Positions 15,472 to 21,215 of a stretch of DNA of 21,215 nt are shown piece by piece. The stretch is taken from the UHGV virus genome UHGV-1726252. One strand, written 5' to 3'. Below the pieces are notes generated by a model. The model was given only the letters and a program-made list of their open reading frames with translations. It made no database searches and was not told the origin of the DNA. Every line of letters starts with the position of its first letter. Within the stretch, counting starts at the first letter, position 1. The translations under genes and the position numbers were made by a program. The DNA comes from a virus.

Positions 15472-16974
15472 CTATTTTTTGCCTGGGCTTTCGGGCGGTT
15501 CTTTACCCGGTTTTGCTTCCTGGACACGAGTGTCTCCTTTGTCATTTGCCGGGTCGGTATCAAACACCAGCCCCTGTTTACGGTTCTCGTCAACCTCCGC
15601 CTTACGGCGGCGCTTAACATCATCAGGATTTGCGCCGCGGGCGCGCACCCATTCACTCTCTGTCGCAGCACCGCCACGCAGCAGAATTTTCCAGGCGTTC
15701 GCCTCTTTGACCGGGTCAATCCAGGGCATAACGGGCCCGGAGAACACGGCGCTAAAGAGCGTGGCTTTATCGACATTTTTCGGGACCGTGATCTCGCCTG
15801 AAGCAATCGCCATCCTGAGCCAGGCCCGGTACATAGGTCGTGTGATCGCCGCGATGAATGCGTCCTGAAGAATGAAATAGCCTTCGGTTGACTCCACCAG
15901 CTCCTGGCGCTGCGCGCTGTATGTTCCGTCGTAGTTACGGGCGATACTTGAAAAGCTACCGCGCGAACCAGCGGCTACAGCACGTAGCTGGCTATTACGG
16001 AAAGTTTCGAGGTTGGGATTTGGTCGGTCTGACTTGATCATGCCGATGTCTTCACCCGGGCGGAGATCGTCAAACAGCATGCCGGGCTCGATGTTTAGCT
16101 CCCTTTGACCGCTGCTGCCTTCGTCATAAGTCTGGCCATCACCTTTTTTAATGAACATGCCCAGTGCCGCAGCAATGCGGGCAGCGGTCAGTTCGGCGTC
16201 CTCGTACTCCTTCAGCGCCGAAAGACGCATCAGCACCCCGGCAAGCAGTGAGTTACCCCGGATTTGATGCAGGCGGCGCATGAACTTCAGGTGAAGCATA
16301 TTCTCCGCCTGAATATCCTTGGTATCTCCCTGGCGCATGCCTTCCGCCGGAAGGTTTTTGTAGACCATGTATCGGGTCGGGCGGCCCCAGTCATTCAGGT
16401 AAATGCCCTGGCATAACTTCTGACCCGGCTCTGTCCGCTCCATCGGCACAAAATCCGGTTCCAGAGCCTCAATCCAGAAAGGAATGTCTGCCACCGGCGA
16501 CAGACCGTTCCCGGTGCCACTGACCAGCTGCGCGAACACCTCGCCGTCACGTAACCAGGTCCGGCACATCAGGCGCTCAAGCACTGGTCGGGTAAACTGC
16601 CCGGTAACATCGGGAGAAACGGACCACTCCGCCCATTTGGCGCGGATCTGTGTAGCAAGGTCAGTAGCGATGCCCCCGTTACTCATCAGGGGCTGCGGCT
16701 CCACGATGATGCCTTTTGCCCCCACAATGCGCTCTTCGAGTTTATCAAGGAGGCCGATCACCAGATCGTGGTTACAGTCAAGCCACCGGGCTTGTTCGCG
16801 CAGCGATCGCCCGCCGAATTGCGTCAACTGATTCGCGGAGCGGTTTTCGCGTTTTGCCCGGTGCGTCCGGGTAGGAATGACAGCCTCATATGCCTGGATC
16901 ATCAGGCGCGACTTCAGGCGCTCCGCTTTCCAGCCCGGGGAAAACATGCCTATCAGATTATCCAGGGCGCTCAT
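15472..16974 (-). CDS. Portal protein (lambda gpB family)
   Basis: 500 aa, located between W and the protease/capsid gene. ATGA overlap with the W stop. Basic/acidic C-terminal tail. Confidence 0.9.
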   Translation of the reverse strand: MSALDNLIGMFSPGWKAERLKSRLMIQAYEAVIPTRTHRAKRENRSANQLTQFGGRSLREQARWLDCNHDLVIGLLDKLEERIVGAKGIIVEPQPLMSNGGIATDLATQIRAKWAEWSVSPDVTGQFTRPVLERLMCRTWLRDGEVFAQLVSGTGNGLSPVADIPFWIEALEPDFVPMERTEPGQKLCQGIYLNDWGRPTRYMVYKNLPAEGMRQGDTKDIQAENMLHLKFMRRLHQIRGNSLLAGVLMRLSALKEYEDAELTAARIAAALGMFIKKGDGQTYDEGSSGQRELNIEPGMLFDDLRPGEDIGMIKSDRPNPNLETFRNSQLRAVAAGSRGSFSSIARNYDGTYSAQRQELVESTEGYFILQDAFIAAITRPMYRAWLRMAIASGEITVPKNVDKATLFSAVFSGPVMPWIDPVKEANAWKILLRGGAATESEWVRARGANPDDVKRRRKAEVDENRKQGLVFDTDPANDKGDTRVQEAKPGKEPPESPGKK

Positions 16975-17192
16975 CGCGGGAACCTCGCCAGTTTAAAGGG
17001 GCCACCCCTGCCCGCTGCGGCAGCCACGGCAGCAGCCTGCTTTCGCTCCCACTCCTGGCGGCCCTTCCGGATCTCGCTCAGGTTCTCCATGGTCATCTGC
17101 TGACCGTTAAACGTAATGGACTTACCCTGCAGGATCGCCATTTCCGCTTCGGTATAGCGGCGAACCATGTCCTGAATATCATTGAGATTCAC
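16971..17192 (-). CDS. Head-tail joining protein gpW-like
   Basis: 73 codons from a GTG at 17192 that overlaps the terL stop (GTGA) and has AGGAGG 6 nt upstream. Weak similarity to lambda gpW, including a G-rich C-terminus (GRGGPFKLARFPR against RRRGPAGFYV as recalled). The track start (ATG at 17219) would overlap terL by 31 nt. Confidence 0.55.
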   Translation of the reverse strand: MNLNDIQDMVRRYTEAEMAILQGKSITFNGQQMTMENLSEIRKGRQEWERKQAAAVAAAAGRGGPFKLARFPR

Positions 17193-19291
17193 ACCCAGCC
17201 TCCTGATGATGATGACCATGCAGATTCACGGGCTGGTTTCTTAGCCTTAGGCTCTGATACTGACGGTTTTGCAACCGGCTCCGGTGCCACTGCAGGCGCG
17301 TCTGGCGATGGCTCAACCACCAGATAACTCTCCCGGCGCGCCCACTCAGGGGCATCAGGCCACTTAATCTTTTCGTAACCATGAAGAATGACCAGGGCAT
17401 GTGCGTAAACCATAAGGTCAAACGCTTCGTTAGCCCCCTTACCAGGCTTCGTCCATTTCCCATCAGCTGATCGCTCCTCATAGGTCAGTTCGTCGTAAAA
17501 CCACCCTCCCAGCCAGTCAGGGAAATGCACGAAGTTCGGCCCCGGCACATCGCGCCAAAGCGCGTTGTTGATCCGGTCTTTCAGTGCGTTGGTCTGGAGA
17601 AGGTAGAGAGGGACATCACCGGCGGCCTTCGCGCGCCGGGTAGAACGCCCGGTGTTATCCGGGTAGGTTTTGGTAATCAGCTTCGCCCTGGTCTGGCTGT
17701 CACCCTTGAACAGCCAGACTTTGCGCTGCAGACCGTCACGGCGACAGCGCCGCCAGAACTCATAGGCATTGTCGGTAACGCCATCTTCACCACCGGAGTC
17801 GACGGCCATGGCCAGCAGACCCATTCGCTTGCCCGGTTCGCCATCAAGCGCCCAGGTTTTCTCCAGCACATCGGTGCGCAGCAGATCCCAGTCCTCCGGA
17901 TAGCTGGCAGGATCGATGTGGTAGCTTTCGCCGTCAGGCGTGGTGCGCATCGACTGCATGATGTTGTACCGGTCAACCACCCAACGCTCGCCGTGGGCGC
18001 CGTAGCCAACAACCTGCACCACAAATCGCCGGTTTTTACCGCCCTGAACATCGACGGTCGCCACCAGGAAGTTGACGCCAGCAGGCACGCGCCGGCGCTC
18101 AACAGGTTCGGCGCGCTGCTGCAGCTCCTCACCTTTACGTTGTTCAATGCTGGAGCGCGGGAGATACGGGAGTCCCCAGTCGGTGTTAATGACCGTCTTC
18201 AGCGTTTCTTCGCTGCCGGTCGCCTCGTACTCCTGTTCAGCGGTCAGCAGTTTGTAAACCAGTTGTGCCCAGGTCTGATATGCAGCTGCCGGGCCTTCCA
18301 TCCAGAACGACGCTATTCGCGACCGCCGTCCGGTGCCCGTTATTGTTCCGCTGCTGTCGATCTGCTGATCCTCACGCAGCCAGACACCTTTCATATTCAG
18401 GGAACGTTTCAGGTCGGCGGTGATCACCCCGGAGCAGGAAGGGCAATGGATACAGGCCGCTTCGCTGGCCTTTACCGGATCGCTGATTTCCCGGTAACCG
18501 GTCATCGCCGTCATCTCTGGCTGGAAAAACTCACCACAATGCGGACATGGCCAGTACCAGCGGCGGCGGTCGCCGCGGTTGTACAGTGACAGAATGCCGG
18601 TTGTGGGTGGGGCTTCGTGCGCCGAGCTCCGGCGCCACTTCGTATCGCGAATGTCCCGGCCTGGCGAACTCTCAACCAGCGTCATGCCGGACGACATAAA
18701 CGTGGTGGTACGCTTGGAGGCCAGGGAAAATGCATCACCTTCCCCGTCGATATCCTCCGGGAAGCGGTCATAATCTGTCAGGGCGACGCACTTGTAATCC
18801 GACGAGGACATGATATTGACCGACGGCCAGCCTATCTTGAGGTAGTTACCCGCCCTGAATGTCCTGTCGTAAACGTTGTTATCGTTCCTGCGGGGACTCA
18901 GGCGGGTTGCCACTTCCGGACTGCAACGGAATGTGCGATCCAGTCGTTTCTTCGAGTGCTCGCGGGCCTTTTCCTCTGTCATCTGAATAATCAGCATGTC
19001 AGACGGGTCGCAGACCACGCTATAAACCACCCACCCGTCAATCAGGCCGATTGTCTTCCCCGTTCGCGCCGGGCCGACAAACACCACCGCGTCATACTCA
19101 CGCGACGCCAGGCAGTTCATTGGCTCGAGTACATACGGAGCCAGGTTCGGATCCCAGGGAACGGAGTTACCGGCACCCATTGGCACGCGCATAAATTTAC
19201 TGACTGCATCGGCCACCAGCATGCGGCGTGGGGCACGAAGTATTCCAGGGACATCCTTTCGGATCCCCCGGGCAGATGCCCGCTTCGCCAT
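17189..19291 (-). CDS. Terminase large subunit (lambda gpA family)
   Basis: 700 aa. Walker A-like VFVGPARTGKT, CPHCGEFF...CIHCPSC zinc-ribbon-like motif as in lambda gpA, C-terminal nuclease region. The ATG overlaps the terS stop. Confidence 0.95.
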   Translation of the reverse strand: MAKRASARGIRKDVPGILRAPRRMLVADAVSKFMRVPMGAGNSVPWDPNLAPYVLEPMNCLASREYDAVVFVGPARTGKTIGLIDGWVVYSVVCDPSDMLIIQMTEEKAREHSKKRLDRTFRCSPEVATRLSPRRNDNNVYDRTFRAGNYLKIGWPSVNIMSSSDYKCVALTDYDRFPEDIDGEGDAFSLASKRTTTFMSSGMTLVESSPGRDIRDTKWRRSSAHEAPPTTGILSLYNRGDRRRWYWPCPHCGEFFQPEMTAMTGYREISDPVKASEAACIHCPSCSGVITADLKRSLNMKGVWLREDQQIDSSGTITGTGRRSRIASFWMEGPAAAYQTWAQLVYKLLTAEQEYEATGSEETLKTVINTDWGLPYLPRSSIEQRKGEELQQRAEPVERRRVPAGVNFLVATVDVQGGKNRRFVVQVVGYGAHGERWVVDRYNIMQSMRTTPDGESYHIDPASYPEDWDLLRTDVLEKTWALDGEPGKRMGLLAMAVDSGGEDGVTDNAYEFWRRCRRDGLQRKVWLFKGDSQTRAKLITKTYPDNTGRSTRRAKAAGDVPLYLLQTNALKDRINNALWRDVPGPNFVHFPDWLGGWFYDELTYEERSADGKWTKPGKGANEAFDLMVYAHALVILHGYEKIKWPDAPEWARRESYLVVEPSPDAPAVAPEPVAKPSVSEPKAKKPARESAWSSSSGGWV

Positions 19292-19779
19292 CAGTCCTCC
19301 TCTGGCTCATCCTCCTCCGGTTCTGCGTCCAGCACGCGCTGCGCAATCTGGTCGCGAAGATCGTCAATCACACTCTGCACGCGGCTGACAGCTGCGGGGT
19401 TCAGCGCGCAGTCACGCTCCAGAATGTCCGGTAACGTTTCCAGCACCTGCACCACAGCTTTTGCCATGACAGAAAATTCACGGGCCACCTCATCTGCCGG
19501 GATTAACTGGCCGGTATCCTGCTCAAATTTGAGCCGCTCGTTTTCCGCTTTCCAGTGGGCGAGCCTGTCCGAGGGCGTCATATCTTCGGCGCTGGACGCG
19601 ACGACGGGCGCCATCAGTTCGGTGAGCACATCAGTGATGAGGTAGAGTTTGAGTTTGTTGTTGCTGCCCAGCGCAGGCTCGAGTTGCTTAAGCCTGGCGG
19701 CAACGGTCTGGCGATGAACGCCGGTGATCCCTGCCAGCTGATTGATGTTCAGCTTCAGGGTGGAAAGCTCCTGGTCCAT
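19291..19779 (-). CDS. Terminase small subunit (Nu1-like) with N-terminal helix-turn-helix
   Basis: 162 aa from the ATG at 19779. HTH-like LNINQLAGITGVHRQTVAARL resembles lambda Nu1 VNKKQLADIFGASIRTIQNW as recalled. Acidic C-terminus. The track start at 19791 is a GTG; neither start has a clear SD. Confidence 0.8.
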   Translation of the reverse strand: MDQELSTLKLNINQLAGITGVHRQTVAARLKQLEPALGSNNKLKLYLITDVLTELMAPVVASSAEDMTPSDRLAHWKAENERLKFEQDTGQLIPADEVAREFSVMAKAVVQVLETLPDILERDCALNPAAVSRVQSVIDDLRDQIAQRVLDAEPEEDEPEED

Positions 19780-19884
19780 GATGGTGAACACTTTTTGAAC
19801 GATTCGACATCATTGCAAAACGTCACTGATAAAAATCATACAGTTATGCACATGATGATGATGACCCTGGATCACGAAAACTAG

Positions 19885-19920
19885 CCGTTTTCCGCGTGCC
19901 CGCCGCCTCGTGGCAGGCCA
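19885..19920 (-). other. Candidate cos site (cosN-like GC-rich element) upstream of terS
   Basis: Minus strand ACGAGGCGGCGGGCACGCGG matches the lambda cosN region ACGGGGCGGCGACCTCGCGG (as recalled) at 16 of 20 positions, about 120 nt upstream of the terS ATG. An A/T-rich stretch with an IHF-like site (TATCAGTGACGTTTT) lies between it and terS. Confidence 0.45.
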
Positions 19921-20019
19921 CCCCTCCGGGAGGACCCGTCCATATGAGAATGGTTATCAGTTGAGGTGGGGATCTGGCGGGGTTGCCCGGCTAGTCTGGG
20001 CGCTGGATGGGGCTGATGG

Positions 20020-20361
20020 TTAGAAGCCGAGGCGAACGCGACCCTCAGGGTCGTTTGCATTGGTGGTAATCCACGCAGTGCCTGCAACGGCGTTGTCATC
20101 AGTGCCATCCTTCGAGCTACTGGTCAACTTGCCATCTTTCGTCAGCCAGAGTCGGACCCCGCGCTGCCAGGTCTCAGCTGCAACCTTCGGCAAGACGAAT
20201 ACTCCGGTCATCATCAGAACACCATCACCGCTGGCGGCGATATCGTGCTGAGCGATACCGATGATCGCACCAACAATCACCGGTTGACCTGACACCACAT
20301 CTTTTGTGGTCCCGTTATGCCAGTCCATTGTATTGCCGTCCTGGTAGTAGTTTTTAGCCAT
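20020..20361 (-). CDS. Small Gly/Ala-rich protein, paralog B of the putative decoration protein, located outside the head module
   Basis: 113 aa from the ATG at 20361 (AGAGG upstream). Aligns along its length with the ORF at 13111-13434 at roughly 35-40 percent identity (MAKNYYQDGNTMD against MKNFVQDGHTID; shared G.PV.VG, DIA..G.G, GV..LPK.AA). Confidence 0.5.
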   Translation of the reverse strand: MAKNYYQDGNTMDWHNGTTKDVVSGQPVIVGAIIGIAQHDIAASGDGVLMMTGVFVLPKVAAETWQRGVRLWLTKDGKLTSSSKDGTDDNAVAGTAWITTNANDPEGRVRLGF

Positions 20362-20514
20362 ATTGGGCCTCTGGTTATGCCTGATAAGCAGGTTAAAAGA
20401 ATAGGTATTACGTTCGTTGCGCCGGGTGCGCTGAGGGGTAATTGACATGAGCATGTGTCTTCACATGATGATGTTAACTATCAGCCCCGCGAGAGCGAGG
20501 CTGCAAATAGCATG

Positions 20515-20814
20515 CTACGGTCTTGAAGTGCTCACGATGTATGAATCCACCACGCCGTCCTTATTTACTTTGACGACGAGCGATTTGCCCTGCCCCACGC
20601 TGAACGCTGTTGCATGAGCGTAGGTCCAACCATAAATCTTATTGCCCTCGGAATCGGCAGTTACTGAGGTTGGCTTACCGAACTTCTGCAAAACAGCCTG
20701 CTCAGTCGTAACCCCCTTTTGGATTGAGGTGACATCTGCTTCCGAAAAGTCTTTACCCACCGTCGCGCAACCGACCAGACCCAAAGCAATGACACCCAGA
20801 ATTGTCTTTTTCAT
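20515..20814 (-). CDS. Small lipoprotein (moron-like)
   Basis: 99 aa with a signal peptide and lipobox (MKKTILGVIALGLVGC). AAGGGA SD 9 nt upstream of the ATG. Base composition is lower in GC than the structural genes. Confidence 0.6.
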   Translation of the reverse strand: MKKTILGVIALGLVGCATVGKDFSEADVTSIQKGVTTEQAVLQKFGKPTSVTADSEGNKIYGWTYAHATAFSVGQGKSLVVKVNKDGVVDSYIVSTSRP

Positions 20815-20971
20815 TGATATATCCCTTATTTAAAAAGAGGATAATCCTACCACCGAGCCATCTGAAGCGCGAAGACTACATGGCCTGCGGTAAAGTCTTT
20901 GTGATCAGCGCAGTAGCCTGAACGGTCCGTAGTCGTACCGGGACAACCTCTCTTGCGACATGCGCGAGGGA

Positions 20972-21205
20972 TTAACGCTGGCATGGTTCAATCCTCACAG
21001 AGCCGTGAAGCGTATGCCGCTTCACTTCACCGTTCTCTGTCGTCATATAACCACGCTCATCAGGAACGGCTGCGATTACTTCGCCCTTCTCATCGTCAGC
21101 AGTGAAGACATGCTTAACCTCTATACCATCGAGAAAAACAGCGTATCGCTCTACACCGAGATTAATCTTCCTGCCGGGATCGTCATCTAATACAGTTAGA
21201 CGCAT
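20972..21205 (-). CDS. Hypothetical small protein (77 aa)
   Basis: ATG at 21205 with AAGAGG 4 nt upstream, all within the window. No recognisable motifs. Confidence 0.4.
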   Translation of the reverse strand: MRLTVLDDDPGRKINLGVERYAVFLDGIEVKHVFTADDEKGEVIAAVPDERGYMTTENGEVKRHTLHGSVRIEPCQR

Positions 21206-21215
21206 ATGACCTCTT

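Noticed and set aside
15546-15806. Upstream extension of the protease/capsid ORF overlapping the portal gene
   Set aside because: The extension overlaps 100+ codons of the portal gene in another frame and is Arg/Ser/Pro-rich. Only the ATGs at 15545 and 15461 are plausible starts.
17525-18589. Long plus-strand ORF (354 aa) antisense to terL, with similar long antisense ORFs at 18617-19645, 14247-15221, 4330-4992, 8941-9573 and 12919-13548
   Set aside because: Each lies entirely inside a well-supported minus-strand structural gene. The products are low-complexity Arg/Pro/Gly-rich with no motifs, as expected for shadow ORFs in GC-rich DNA.
19848-19862. 12-mer CACATGATGATG repeated at about 19849 and 20463, flanking paralog B
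   Set aside because: A single exact 12-mer repeat is expected by chance several times in a 21-kb window, and the motif is low-complexity. Not enough to call a binding-site pair.
20037-20053. Inverted repeat GACCCTCAGGGTC that looks like a hairpin
   Set aside because: It lies inside the coding sequence of paralog B with no U-tract on the coding strand, so it is probably coincidental.
20441-20475. TTGACA hexamer on the plus strand as a possible promoter
   Set aside because: It would drive transcription antisense to every gene in the region and has no convincing -10 element at 16-18 nt.
1-21215. Search for CRISPR arrays, IS elements or transposase genes, integrase, and toxin-antitoxin or restriction-modification genes
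   Set aside because: No spaced direct repeats, terminal inverted repeats, or ORFs with transposase, integrase, nuclease or methyltransferase motifs were seen. The integrase and immunity region presumably lie outside this window.

Overview
The window is almost entirely the late (virion morphogenesis) region of a lambda-like siphovirus prophage, with every credible gene on the minus strand and in near-lambda order. Reading from high to low coordinate: three small moron-like genes (77-aa protein, lipoprotein, decoration-like paralog B), a candidate cos site, terS (Nu1-like), terL (gpA-like), W, portal, a fused prohead protease/major capsid gene, decoration-like protein A, FII, Z, U, V, G, T (-1 frame), H tape measure, M-like, L-like, K-like, a J-like central fibre protein, then a separate tailspike with an SGNH esterase domain, then a LexA-box-controlled umuD'-like gene. 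The window starts inside the 3' half of a tRNA-Pro(GGG) gene on the plus strand, which probably marks the prophage boundary. The main departures from lambda are the natively truncated orphan umuD', a remodelled tail tip (K without its JAB domain, Cys-free L, extra N-terminal module on J), a receptor-modifying tailspike cassette of foreign base composition, the protease-capsid fusion, and two paralogous decoration-like genes. I found no recognisable defence system, CRISPR array, IS element or integrase. CDS coordinates follow the ORF track, with starts refined by codon counting. The track appears to accept GTG/TTG as starts. My nucleotide indexing disagreed with the track by 1 nt in two places (near 10620-10690 and 13111-13119), so motif coordinates should be read as +/- 2 nt.
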